From Octopus sinensis (taxonomy: Eukaryota), in the NCBI RefSeq assembly GCF_006345805.1, contig NC_043010.1, positions 45,508,001 through 45,572,000 on the forward strand: DNA of 64,000 bases. The letters run 5' to 3'. Numbering within the stretch: the first letter of the stretch is position 1; every line of letters starts with the position of its first letter. Under the pieces are notes generated by a model. The model saw only the letters and a list, made by a program, of their open reading frames with translations. It ran no database searches and was not told where the DNA came from. Below, in pieces: positions 1-12,010 of the stretch. Position numbers and translations under genes: made by a program.

Positions 1-1900
1 TGCATGTATTTAGCAGTATGGCCGAGAGACCATCTGGTCCAGATTTTGAGCTTCAATCTAGGTCATTAGCTGTAAGTATATCATCTTCCATTATATCATT
101 AATTTTCAGATGTCTCTCTGCAGTTGAGTTCTGGGGGGTCAAAAGATTCATTTGATTCATTTATCATTTTGTTAACTACAGGTTGGGAAAATGCACTGTC
201 ATAATGTCAACTGAAGGATGTGCATATTTGTAAGGTGTCATTTGTAATATGATCCATTTCGATCCATTAGAGAACCAATCTAGTTATCAGTAGCTGATTT
301 TTGTTTAGTGGAAAAAGAACTTAGAAAAAGATTTTATATTTTACACTGCTCGTTGTTCCCTCAGTGAAGTTTCTTTTTCATGAGATAGTTTTAGGTTCAG
401 TTTGATGATTTTTTTTTCTCATTCTCATCTGCTGAGAGAGTTTGGTTTTTTTAGTTGTTTTGTTTGTTTGGTTCTGTTACACACTAGTATCCGTCTGTCT
501 CACAGAATCAAGTGCTTGCAGGAACAGGCATGTTTATATGGGGCATGCTTTCAACAGATCTTGGTTAACTCTTCCTACAGAATTCCTTTGTTAACATTGG
601 GATTGCCAATATACTGAGACCAGTTTGTTTCAAGAATTTCAGTTTCAATTTTCTTCTACTTGACCTTCCTGAAATTCAAATTCATTTGGAGTGAGTCATG
701 TTCATTGTTATTTATGTGTGTTACTCTCTTTGATAATTGCATAGTGTTGTGGTTGGAAATAGCTGTGGCAATGATTCAAACATTGCTAATGAAGTTTTTA
801 TTGGTATTAAAGACTAGGTTGAGCATGTTATTTCCCCAAGTTGGATGGGTAATGATTCATTGCATGATGCAGTCTTTAGTGGTATTGAAAAGAGAATTCA
901 AATCTTGACTTTTCAGTTGTTTAATTTCAGGTTGGGTATAGGCCTTAGGCTAGCTGAGATTAGGAAAATTAAAGTCCCTGGCTAAAAGTACATTAGCCTG
1001 TGGGCTTGGTTTATTTGGGGTTTGACTTATGAGCAACAAAACATCTTTGAAGTGATCTCTGTGGTTAGCTGCAGCAGGAAGACAATAGGTAATGTCTATG
1101 ATCAAATTGAGGGCAATCATATGCATTATTAGTGTTGGAGTGGAAGACCTGTTGCTAGGTTTCCTTGGATGAAAATCGTTATTTCTGTTAGTTTCTATAT
1201 TCTGTAGTGAGTTCTGAATAGTATGTAACCTGACATATCTACTTCCACATCCAATATGTCTGGGGTTAGGTGCATTTCACTTAGCGCTACACATATTGTC
1301 TTTGCTTGCTGTGCAAGGTCTCTAAGATATGATACTTTTGTTCAATTTGTGAAGTGTGAGAGACCATGTACATTCAGCATTATTATTGAGTTGACTTTGT
1401 GGATTAATGACAGCAATGGTGTGGTTATGCACTGGGGTAATAGCAGTGGTTGGTACTGTATGAGAACTAGAAGTATTTTTTTTATATTTCTTTTGCAACA
1501 TTCATCATCGCTAAAAAACAATTTTCTTCGTTTGGGAAGGGTTGTTGTCTGAACTTGATATGGTTGCACTGTTGATTATAGTTATATTGCTTGCGGCTCT
1601 TGATTTTACTATTGTATCCTGTGGATATCAGGGTGACTGATGAAAGTTCTGGTGAAAGTTTGGACCAACACCGCCACTGTAAGGGATGTTTCTACTGTAG
1701 ATTTGGTGGTGGTTTGGTTTCATGCTTTTACCAGTGCATCAAGTCCCTGGAAGATGAGTGAAGAGACAGTCACACATCAGACACAATCCTTCATGTTATG
1801 AATAGCAACAGATTTTAGGATTCCAAGTTACATGTGTATAAGTTATTAAGTGTGATTTAGCATTTAAGATGTGTGGTTTGGTGTTAGTTGGTATTGCTAG
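1..1900 (-). mobile_element. Decayed CR1/L2-group non-LTR retrotransposon: AP-endonuclease to pre-RT region plus upstream part; runs off the left edge
   Basis: Minus-strand translation across stops and frameshifts gives ARDFNFPNL...IITHPTWGNNMLNLVFN...SNHN (APE C-terminal motifs GDFN / PTR.NNILDL / SDH) and, at the window edge, GPDGLSAILLNTC (start of the RT region). Confidence 0.72.
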
Positions 1901-2009
1901 TATGAATTGAGTGTCTTGTCCTAGGTAAATGGGTGAAGTTCTGCCAGCTCACCACCTTAATACAGATGGTGGTGGTGGTGGTGGTAGCAGTGATTATCAT
2001 GGTAGACAA

Positions 2010-2385
2010 ATAAGAAGGGGAACTGCCTTGAAGAATTTTTAATTGAATGAATCAGCTCCAGTACTTATTTTTTTTAAAGCCTGGTACTTATTCTATCAGT
2101 CTCTTTAGTTGAACTGCTAAGTTACGGGGATGTAAACACACCAACACCATTGTCAAGCGGTGGTGGGGACAAACACAAAGACACACACACACAAAGACAA
2201 ACACACACACAGATATATACATATACAATGGGCTTCTTTCAGTTTCTGTCTACCAAATCCACTCACAAAGCTTTGGTCTGCCTGAGGCTATAGTAGAAGA
2301 CACTTGTCTAATATGCCTTACAGTGAGACTGAACCTAGCACCATGTGGTTGGGAAACAAGCTCTTTACCACACAGCCTGTGCCTG
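2010..2385 (-). mobile_element. tRNA-derived SINE, family B (central TG/CA microsatellite)
   Basis: Reverse-complement match to the copy at 61045-61423 (GGCTGTGTGGTAA head, GTGAGTGGATTTGGTAGACGGAAACTGAAAGAAGCC core). Confidence 0.8.
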
Positions 2386-4574
2386 TTCGAGAATAAAAAA
2401 AAATGAAAAAAAAAATGTTATTTTATGGAGTGAAGTTTCCTTAAAAGACATTGCATTGCAAACATTCTCTTATCACATGTGCCGTCTGAAATGCAATGAA
2501 GCAGTAGTTGGTCCATTGTAACCAGTAACACTATTGTTCACAAAAATTAAATGAAATTACGAATGAAACCTAACATTTTTAGTGGAGGATTAAGCTATGA
2601 TCTTGTTATTTCCAAGAAAATCAGTGGTGTAAAGAAATGAAATGGTTCCAACTGGGAATTAAAACTTGATCTTAGACTAAACTCATCTGGAATTTATTTT
2701 TACAGTATAATATATAAATGCTTCCTAAACCCCAAAGGGGCTTTTAAAGGCAATTTCTTAATTTGTTTCTTTTTTTTTTTTATTAATATATATTAAGTGA
2801 ATTTTAGATAGGACTGTTTCAAGCAACATTTCAAGGGAATCATATAGCTCTCCTTGAACCCTTGGTGAACTGAAGCATATAGAATGAAATGTACTTCACA
2901 AATACAAAGTAGAACATTTACAGTGGATTTGAACTCATAATGTACAAACTGGTGGTTCAGTACTATATTCATCTAGCCATTTCCCTTCTCTCAATCCTAT
3001 GATGCTAAACTTTGTAAAGAATAAAGAACAACTGAGTTGGCAATGATTTGCAACATTAGAACACCAATCCAAAATAAAGTGGAAAAACATGTTACTGCAA
3101 AGAAGTTAATAGTAACTCTTTTGGTTTAAATCTTATATTGAATTCATTTCTAACCAGATGAAAAGCTTTATGAACCAATATGCAGCTGCCTTCTTAGATC
3201 CTTACCAGTATAAAAAGGAATGTAAAAGGTTTTCATAACCCATTGCCATTCAATTAATTCACAATGAAGTAAGTACTAGCTTCTACATTGCAAAACTTTT
3301 ATCCAACAGATGACTTCATATATGACTAGCTCTTCAAACAAATACAGTAGTTAGATCTTCCCTCTAGCAAATCCCTTCTATCTCAAGTAGCAGACACTAT
3401 TGATTAGATTCTATCATAAAACTCTGATGTGATTTAATCAATATTGACAATATGGGTTAGTGATGACATGTAATCATTTTTTACTAAATTTTTTTCGCTA
3501 ACTCAGCATTTCATTTTCCATTTAAAAGACATGACACATGAAATTTATGCACTAAAATGTGATAATATATTTGAAAAGCTTGCAAATATGGGAAATGTGT
3601 AATTATATGTTTGATATTTTATGTGAATTTTAATCCTTCCCACTATGTATCTGTTGACAAGCATGTTTTAATACTAGCAATTGAATTGCATTTCTTCATT
3701 ATAAATTTTGTCTTGAATAAGGTGAATAGAGCTCAGCATCAAATCTACCAAAATCATAGCAAACTGTCTGTGGGTACTCTAGCATACAGTTTACCCTAGA
3801 AATGGAGTGTTTTTAATATAGATCAAATTCAAATATGGTATGCTGGAAATACAAAAATAAGCATTATTGAGTATTACATATTAAAGTGCTGTGCCATATC
3901 AAAAATCACCACCCAACCCTCAACTTGGTGAAGTGTACTGAGGATAACTGGATGAGTAAATGTTGGGATAAATTGATTAATTATATTTAAGACAGTATAG
4001 TCTTTAAGTAGATATACTTCGTTAAACTGACCAAGTAGAATCAGTTGGTCTACTCAGTATCATTGAGCTATCAGTAGGCATTCAGAGGATTAGTTAAGTA
4101 CAAGTTAATATACATAATATAATGTTCCAACAGAAATTTTGAATTAATCAAAATTATGCTCATGATGAAGAAAAACATAATTAGCTTTAGGACATGGAAA
4201 CAACTTCAAAATTCAAATTAATTAAAAATTGAATGAGAATATTCAGTGGGAAATGAGTCTGATTTTTAGTAAGCTCTGTGACAACTGCAGACACCTTTCA
4301 GTCTTATTAGATCTCCGCAAAGCATAGTCTTACTTAAACTTAGTTGATCCTTGGCAAGTGGGAGAATAAATATTTTGAAAGAAAAGCATTGACTAAGTCA
4401 GCAGAACAGCTTTGAATTTCAGTTAATGCATTTAAAGAAGGAATGATTTCTCTAGCTTCCAATTTCTTATCTTTAGTAGATATAGCAATTGGTTTAAAAA
4501 TACAAATCAAATCATAATTTAGTTCAGTAACATGTTTGAATGTCAACTGCTACTATTATTATAGGTTTATAAAA

Positions 4575-5240
4575 TGCAGTGGGCAGGTAGAGTCATTAGT
4601 GCACTGAACCAAATGCTTAGCAGCATTTCATCAGTCTTTACATTCTGAGTTTAAATTCTGCCAAGGTCAACTTCACTTTCCATCTTTTTAGGGTTGATAA
4701 AATAAGTACCAGTCAAGTACTAGGGCCAATGTAATCATGTTGCTTCATTCCCCAAAATTTCCAGCTATGTGTCTGTTGCAGAAGAGATTATTAGAGGCCT
4801 ATAAAAGGCTGTGAGCTAGCAGCGAGCTGGCAGAATCGTTAGCATGCCAGGCAAAATGCTTAGCGGTATTTAGTCTGCCGGTACGTTCTGAGTTCAAATT
4901 CTGCCAAGGTCGACTTTGCCTTACATCCTTTCAGGGTTGATAAATTAAGTACCAGTTACGCACTGGGGTCGATATAATCAACTTAATCCGTTTGTCTGTC
5001 CTATTTTGTCCCCTCTATGTTTAGCCCTTTGTGGGCAATAAAGAAATAAGAATTGTCAGTGCATTGGGGGGGGGGATGTTTAGCATCATTTCTTTCAGCT
5101 CTTTACATTTTGAGTTCAGATTCCACTGTGGTTGACTTTGCCTTTCGTGTTGTTAGGAGTTAATAAAATAAATACAAGTTGACCACTGGGGGTTAATGTA
5201 ATCCTCAACATTTCAGGCCTTGTGTATGTAGTAGAAAGAA
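4575..5240 (+). mobile_element. Cluster of three family-A tRNA-derived SINEs; a younger copy (4821-5050) is nested in an older one
   Basis: GAGCTGGCAGAATCGTTAGC head, GTTCTGAGTTCAAATTC B-box-like motif and GGTCGATAAA-TAAGTACCAG core each recur three times. The older head is split at 4807-4820 / 5051 onward. Confidence 0.8.
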
Positions 5241-5274
5241 TTATATAGGCCTATAATATATTTGAACTCTTTAA

Positions 5275-5640
5275 CTTTCCAACTTATTTTTTGTGACCAT
5301 GTTACCATATTACCATTAGTTAAATGAAAATCTCCCTCAAAATTACTCAGTAAATTGTTATTTTCTAATTTGGATTGTTTCATCGTCTATTTTAATACAT
5401 ATTTTAATGAAATGCACTGCAAAAATGTTTCAGCTAATTTTGAAAATAATGAAGTATTTAGAAAGTGTTAATAAAATAATTAACTTTATCATTATTAAGC
5501 CAGTGTTTGGAACATAACAGTAGGTTCTTACATACAATTATGTTGGAGGGCTTTAATTTAAATATGAACACTTTAAAATGGAATAGTTTTTTTTTTGCCA
5601 TAGAAAATGGTTATATTTCATGCTGGTAGTATCAGAAAGG
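5275..5640. mobile_element. piggyBac-like MITE (TTAA-flanked), decayed
   Basis: TTAA at 5271-5274 and 5641-5644; the right end GTATCAGAAAGG resembles the family TIR; interior resembles 5778-5991, 11327-11540 and 36181-36370. Confidence 0.5.
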
Positions 5641-5777
5641 TTAAAGAATACACCAACACACCATCAGTCGTTATCATCATCATCGCTGTCTCAGTAGTTC
5701 TCAACTGGGGTCCATTTTGTTGTTACAATTTATGTGCAATAAATTGGTTATATTTCTACAATAAATAAAATATTTAA

Positions 5778-5991
5778 CCCTTTTGTTACTGTATTAATTT
5801 TGAGATACTCTGTGTTTGTTTCAATTATTTTAAATGTAAGAAAGAATTTAGTAAAATAACTTAGTTATCTTTCAGCTAGTGTTAGGAACATAAATTACGA
5901 CTAAGGTTTGGTGGAAGATTTTAATTCAAAACTTATGAAAACAATACATTTGTACTCAGAGCCAGTTTCAGTCGGGTTTGTAATGAAAGGA
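5778..5991. mobile_element. piggyBac-like MITE
   Basis: TTAA|CCCTTTTGTTAC ... GTAATGAAAGGA; reverse-complement relative of 36181-36370. Confidence 0.6.
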
Positions 5992-6519
5992 GTAAACATT
6001 TGTTTATACAGTTCCTAATTATATATTAATCGTAATAATATAAGAGTTTTTAGATGGGGAGTGGCTGTGAGGTTGTCTAGTTCCAATGTCTACTTTAACA
6101 TGGTTTCTATGGCTGGATGCCATTCTTTATGTCAAATGGAAGTCGTGAGGTCACCAAGTAACTCACAAGACAAAAAAGATTCCTTCAACTGAGTGGAGTT
6201 GTAGTAGAGAGGGAGGTGGATTTATGCCAGATGATGAGAGGTTAAAGCATGATAGAGTCACAAGCACAGGTGTCTTGCTATAGAGGAGATATATGGCTAC
6301 CCTGCATTGTATAAGGGTGGGTATTAACTGCTGGATAGAAGGCAAAGATGGTTGTGATGAGGTGTCAGAGCATATCCTCAAGGCATAGAGAATATGGACA
6401 AAGGATTGGAACAGGTAAGTGGGTAAGTTCATGGTTACAGATGGGGGTAGAGGTGAATGTAGTGAATGATGAATAAGAGCATTGGTAGGGTCAGTAGTAA
6501 ATATCAATATGAACAATGG

Positions 6520-7075
6520 GGAAGTTGAAAGATACAGGAGTGGTTCAGGAAGAAGGAGGTGATAAATAGCAGTACAGGAAAGGTGAAAAGCAGCAGTAGA
6601 TAAATCAGAAAAAAGGGAGATGGTGTGTGGAGTAGGGGAATGAGGGGAGAGAGATGTACAGTGACAGAGATGGAGGTCAGAGGTACATAGGGTACTGTCG
6701 ATGACAGTTATGATGGCAAGTATGAGAAGGTATTGAAGATGAAGTATAGCAGACCTAATATGTAGCTCAAAGGAGAGGGAGAGATAACTGGAGGCACAGA
6801 AAGGGATGATCAGTGGAAATAAAGTGGGAAGCGATGAGAATGAGGGGTAGATTTAAAAAGAAAATGGTTCCAAAGAAAGGGGAAGGTAACAGTTATCACA
6901 AAAAGGAATGAGGTATGTGCAGCTTCTGTACTGATATGATTACAGTTGCTGAACAGTGCCATAGTTGAGATAGTAATGAAATTATAGGAGTAAGGAAGGC
7001 GAGGAAGGATTTATAGGACAGATTGGGTTCAGTGGTAAGGCTCAGTGAGTATATTGACAAATATAATGCTTTTAG
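6520..7075 (-). mobile_element. Highly decayed CR1-clade LINE 3' ORF2 fragment
   Basis: Minus strand shows residual LSYKSF...(LAYKAF.RP.LEY) and LSTAAFHLSC (W..LP.AVFP) motifs typical of CR1 ORF2 C-termini. Confidence 0.4.
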
Positions 7076-8125
7076 GATCTCACTTTTGCCATAGCAGATA
7101 GCTTTTTCAAGCACAGCAAATCACCAGTCATCTTGATCTTTTGTCATTTTCTTATGATGCTTAACATTTTGAGATGAGGCTTCACTACTTCATCTTTTGT
7201 TTTACTGAATCTCCCTCTTCCACTAGTTCCATCAACTTTAAGTGATCAGCTCTTATTTATACAGCTATTGGAATCCGTACCAGCAAAACATTCTTGCTTG
7301 TACACTACAGATGATGCCAGTTACCCCCAATTTTACTCTAAACACATTTGCACTTAGCTGTACATATGCAGTAATGTTGCACATCCAAGGCATACTAGCT
7401 TTGTTTCTTTAATACACTAGCATCATACAGTCTGCCTTTCACTATGAGAAGGAAACCTTTTGTTATCAACAGAATTAATAACTCTCTGAAATTTATTCAT
7501 TCTGTCCTTATTCTAGCAATTAAACTTTCAGATCTTCCTCTTCCACTGCTAATTAGGTCACCTGGTTAACAGAATGTATCTACTACCTCTAAGGATCACC
7601 CTGGGCATTCAAGGAAATCTAATTCCTTTGTGTTCTTTGTTTTTATTGTTCCTACGTACTTACCACATAGTCTACTATTTTCAATAACCTTCTTGTGATT
7701 CTGCTGCACCTCATGTGTATACATAACTTGTCCTGGATACACATCATGGAATTTATACTTACATCTTTCTTACATATCAAGCAGAATCATTTTCCTAAAG
7801 GGAGTAGAGTCCAGTCTGTTTTTCTGCAAACTAGAGCTTTGGTCTTTGCAAAGTTATATTTAAGGCCCTTTGATTCCAGGTGTACTTCTACACCTGAAAT
7901 TTCTTCTCTAATTCTATTACAAATTCTATAAGATTGGGGTCATCAGCATATAATAGCTCCCAAGGGTATCTGTTCTTAAAATCCTCTCTAATGGTCTGGC
8001 GGACAATAGTGAATAGAAGGGGACAGTACTTTTGGGTCCCTTACTCAATTCTGAAGAAGCTGAATGTAGACAGGTGGTTTGTGAGAGCCATACAAGCCCT
8101 GTACATTGGAACTGTCTGTTAGGTG
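7075..8125 (-). mobile_element. 5'-truncated RTE-clade LINE with an inverted 5' segment (~8048-8125 in + orientation)
   Basis: Minus strand: PLLFTIVRQTIREDFKNRYPWELLYADD...LESKGLKYNFAKTK, a Cys-rich insert, then LEVVDTFC..GDLISSG...KGRLYDA. Plus strand at ~8050-8120: LKKLNVDRWFVRAIQALY, the RT segment normally just upstream. Confidence 0.75.
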
Positions 8126-8345
8126 AGTGTTAGGCTTATCATCATAAGGTCATGGGTTTCATTCCTGGACCAGCAGCATTGTGTGACCTTGAACAAGGCA
8201 CTTCATTTTACAGGGTTATAGTCTACTCAGTAGGAACTAAGTACCGATTGTTAATCTTGTGATGGACTGGCATCCAATCCAAGGGAAATTTTATACACTT
8301 GCTTGCTTATATGTCCCAGAAATAAGTATAAGCTTCAGCCTAATG
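8125..8345 (+). mobile_element. Old 5'-truncated tRNA-derived SINE with a V/Nin-type central domain (domain not firmly assigned)
   Basis: GGTTTCATTCCTGG B-box remnant, CCTTGAACAAGGCACTT core, TGATGGACTGGCATCC motif. Confidence 0.55.
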
Positions 8346-9197
8346 AGTCCATAGAATCAAGTGAGATGCTATACCAATCAAGCAGATGAACATATTTTTC
8401 CACTTCAATATAGTTTATTGCATCCAAATGCAAGGTTGGATGTTTGGTAGCTAAAGTTGACCCCAACATGATTTTAACCTACCAATGTCAAGCTTCTAAG
8501 TTGATCTAGCACATACTCAGAGAAAATCTAGTTTTTAGATTAGCTCATGTCACATGCTAAGTAGTAATATTGGTAACTCCTTCAAGGTAACTAAGTTTCA
8601 TTGGGTAAATTGGTTTTGAAATGCTAGATGTTAAGGAGAAATTACAAGTGAGAAACGCCAAAGTGTCTAAAACTAAACTAAAATCTGCCATTCACACCAC
8701 AAAAGTTGCAATAAATGAATGAAATGATGACTACAACCATGGTGATGATGATTATGATTACGATGCCTTCAATTAACAATTTCATCTACTCTGCTTATTC
8801 TCAGAAGTTTAACTGGTAGCATTCTGGAAATAGCTTCTGGGGCCTGCTGCATTGAAGCCTCTGCTGTGTTCACTACTCTTTCCTCCTCCTTTGGGCAGAA
8901 AGCCCTCAAACGGCTCTTACTCTTACATATGTAATAATTTCTGCTCTGCATCACTCATCTAACTGCCTTCCTCCCGAACTCTCATAATAAGAAATAACAC
9001 AAATACTTCCTTGTAGCGTTTGTAAGGGTCATTAGAACCTGCAAGCTCATGTGAATCCTATCTGATCACACGTTGTTGCATGTTACTCCAGTGTCCCCTC
9101 TACTTGCTCATACTGTGTCACTAAAGTGATTACAAGCCAAAATTCAATGCCAGTACCAAAATCACCAATCATGATCCCTGTGGTTTTTCTCCTCATA

Positions 9198-9677
9198 TCT
9201 TATAATAATTATGCTTGTCACTCCGTTACTTAGCCCGTCTGTTACGCTTCCACGTGATTAGTTGAAGGGAGAAGGGAGAAGGTGGTGAGTGAAATGTGTG
9301 ATTTTTTAAAACTAAGTTTTTTCCTTCGTTACTTAGCCCGTCAGTAACGCTTTCACGTGATTAGTTTAAGGGAAAGGTGAAGAACGAAAGGAAAAGGAGA
9401 GAGAAAAAGAAAGAAATGCGAAGAGTGAGAGAGAAAGGAGATTGTTGTGTATTAAGTCTATAAAATTGTGCATAAAGTATACCGAGTGTATATATAAAGT
9501 GCCTTAAGTAATCATTGTATTCCAATTACCTTCACTTTTCAATGGGTAGCAGATGAGCGACTATCTTTTGATACAGACAGAACACAGGCTACGCTTTCAG
9601 GTTTTTGGGATCAAGTTTTCAGAAATAACCCAATAAATTTGCCATTAATTCCGTGAAATATTCACGGGTACCGCTAG
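9198..9677 (+). mobile_element. Non-autonomous Helitron, family 1 (480 bp)
   Basis: A|TC 5' end; 3' hairpin CCGTGAA-ATA-TTCACGG (9651-9667); CTAG|T terminus; ~50-bp internal direct repeat at ~9224 and ~9327. Confidence 0.8.
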
Positions 9678-9912
9678 TACTGTAATATTACTCGATGGGT
9701 AAGCGTGTAATACACAAACTTTAGCCGTTTTTCACCTTGTTGTTGGTCTTAAAGATCAAGCATACACCACCATATACCTTGCCTCCAGTGACAGAACAAA
9801 TATACTACACATCATCAGGGTTTCTTTTTTTTTTTTTTTTTTTAGCTTTTTTAAAAAAAATCTGTTTGATTTTAGAAGGCGTATTTGCTGCTACCAAGTT
9901 TGTTGTTGATAC

Positions 9913-10090
9913 CTTATCCCACTCGCCTAGAACTGGCCATCTTGAATTACTAATAAACAATGATTGCAAAATACAAAATTATTAAAAATGCCGAAAGATA
10001 GAGCTTCTTCTTCTCTCCAGGTTAACGGAAAGGAAGCTCAAACGTTCTGAAATATTTTGTTAGCAAAATAAACCAAAACATTTTTACTTC
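9913..10090 (-). other. Candidate first exon of a minus-strand host gene (5'UTR plus ATG at 9940; short ORF MASSRRVG*)
   Basis: CAAGATGGC (YY1-like start context), AAG|GTATCA donor, CTTCCTTTCC motif upstream. It sits at the boundary between CpG-rich and CpG-poor sequence. No second exon was found, and the frame contains TAA as given. Confidence 0.4.
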
Positions 10091-10879
10091 AAGCGAAAAC
10101 TACGAAATCGCTGTAGACGGGTAGCTACTTCTGCCCGACTTTTCAAGAACAGCTCGCTTTTTCCTGGCTCATTTGTGCAAGACTGACACCTCTACTACCA
10201 ACTTCTCGATTTTTATCCACTTGGAGATCAAGACTGACCCAAACTAAAGACACTTGAACCAGATCTTGTATAATAACGGAGGTCACCGATACATAGACTT
10301 CTCCCTCCAAGCCTAGAGTTTGCTACTGCTACTTCGCGGTACTTCTTAGTTATAGTGCCAATCACTTCAATTACGAACGTGTCCAACGACATGATTGTGA
10401 CAGCATCCGCACACGTCGATATTTTTATGTATGATGATTTACTCAGTTCTCGTTAGAAACAAGAAAATTACAGCAAAGCTGAGTGATAGTAGTGGCAGAC
10501 GTGGCATGCAGACCATCATATAACTTGTTTTATCCTTCTCTTTCGTTTTATGAATTCAGTGTGGACATGCGCATTACGTGTTCATACTGTTCTTTCCAGT
10601 TTCTACTCAAAACTGTATACAGATAACAACCATCTCACAAACCTGCGTACGCGAGGAGCGTTTCGCACTCCGATGGTTGTGAAATAATGGCCCAAGCTTT
10701 GTCAGTTCAGAATTTGCAGAATTCACAAGACTAAATAGCAACGTTTAGTCGGACCAATCAAAGCTGGAATATGGAAACTGTCTGAGAAGGGGATGCTAGA
10801 AACATAAATGCCTCAATTTTTGTTCACAATGCACTACACTATACGTTGCTACAGGAGTTAGCTCTACAGAGTTATTGAT

Positions 10880-11290
10880 GAAGTGAAATTTGCGTACCAG
10901 TCTGGACTACATGAAGCCCATCATTTCCCCTGGTATGCATCTGTCAGGAAAATCAGAAGTACTACCATGACAGATCTGCCCAACTGCATTTATATTTAAT
11001 AAAAGTGACGTAAGATTTTGCTCAGAATTTTCATTCTAGATACATGTGATAAGCTGGTCACATACCGAAACAAGTTGACCCTTTTTTTTATCATTTGTCT
11101 GCAAAGCGAACATGCTCATTGGTGTCATCAAGATTATATTAGGCCTCATCGTTATGTGCCCAAGCCAACATCTCCACTTCCAATTTACAATGAACTGGAA
11201 CCCTGTACTATGGGTCTGAACTTGTACAACGCCTTCAGATACCATTCCTCTGCAGACGCCGCTTCTACCAAGTGATCCATTCATCTATGA
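10880..11290 (-). mobile_element. Decayed RTE LINE 3' fragment
   Basis: Track ORF 11036-11284 contains WKWRCWLGHITMRPNII, resembling the RTE RKWRWIGH.LR motif. Confidence 0.45.
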
Positions 11291-11326
11291 ACAACATGAA
11301 ACATTAATTGACTCTACGGCAGCCCT

Positions 11327-11540
11327 TTTGATATCAACCCACCTGAAACCACCCTTGTTTCTATGTTACAAGTTTTGTTTTAAAGTGATCTAAATTAAAA
11401 CCTTTTATCAAAATATTATGTTAATTTTTGTTCCAAACACCAGATTTATCAATTAATGACAAAGTTATTTTAATAAATTCTTCGTTATTTTCAAAATTAA
11501 TTGAAACAAAGTCAGTTAATACTGGTAAGAATATAACAAC
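11327..11540. mobile_element. piggyBac-like MITE, same family as 36181-36370
   Basis: CCCTTTTGATATCAACCCACCTGAAACC start; ACAACAAAAGCGTTA end. Confidence 0.55.
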
Positions 11541-11677
11541 AAAAGCGTTAGTTCTGTCGTACAAAAAAATAAAACAAAAAAAACCTTGCAGAGCAGTCCA
11601 GCCCTGATAATTATATGTGCCCTTCAGACCACATTAAACGAAATATAAGAAGTTTTATGAAAAAAGGTAATACTGCT

Positions 11678-12010
11678 GAGACCCCCTTCAGTCATGACTG
11701 ACCATGGGATTGCACATAGAAAGCTACCCTCCCAGGCATAAGTCCGGGCAAGGTTGTTTACGGAAGACCGGCAGTCGCACTTGCATACCAGCCTCCCCTC
11801 TCCACGCCACCAGCGTTATCTAAGGGAAAGGCAAAGGCCGATATAGCTTGGCACCTGTGACGTCGCAACTCATTTCTACAACTGAGTGAACTAGAGCAAT
11901 ATGAAATAAAGTGTCTTGCTCAAGAACACACATGCAGCCCAGTCCGGGATTCAAACTCACAACCTCACGATCGTAAGCTCGACGCTCTAACCACTGAGCC
12001 ATGCGCCTTC
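11678..12010 (-). mobile_element. Well-preserved tRNA-derived SINE, family C
   Basis: Head GCGCATGGCTCAGTGGTTAGAGCG...GGTTGTGAGTTTGAATCCCGG (A and B boxes) followed by a TTGAGCAAGACACTTTATTTCA core and a unique 3' body. Confidence 0.85.

Noticed and set aside
1636-1660. Other CTGATGA...GAAA occurrences (also 27946, 45220 minus)
   Set aside because: No stem II or stem I pairing, so these are not hammerheads.
3135-3200. Possible 46-nt minus-strand exon (SKKAAAYWFIKLFI)
   Set aside because: The acceptor would be GGTAAG, and the peptide has no recognisable homology.
8769-8954. Minus-strand ORF (RLRAFCPKEEERVV...) as an exon of the left gene
   Set aside because: No convincing acceptor, and upstream sequence in the same tract is full of stops; probably TE debris.
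11940-12010. tRNA gene-like sequence (also at 30520-30588 and 61045-61110)
   Set aside because: Acceptor stems are absent or imperfect, and each continues into a SINE body.
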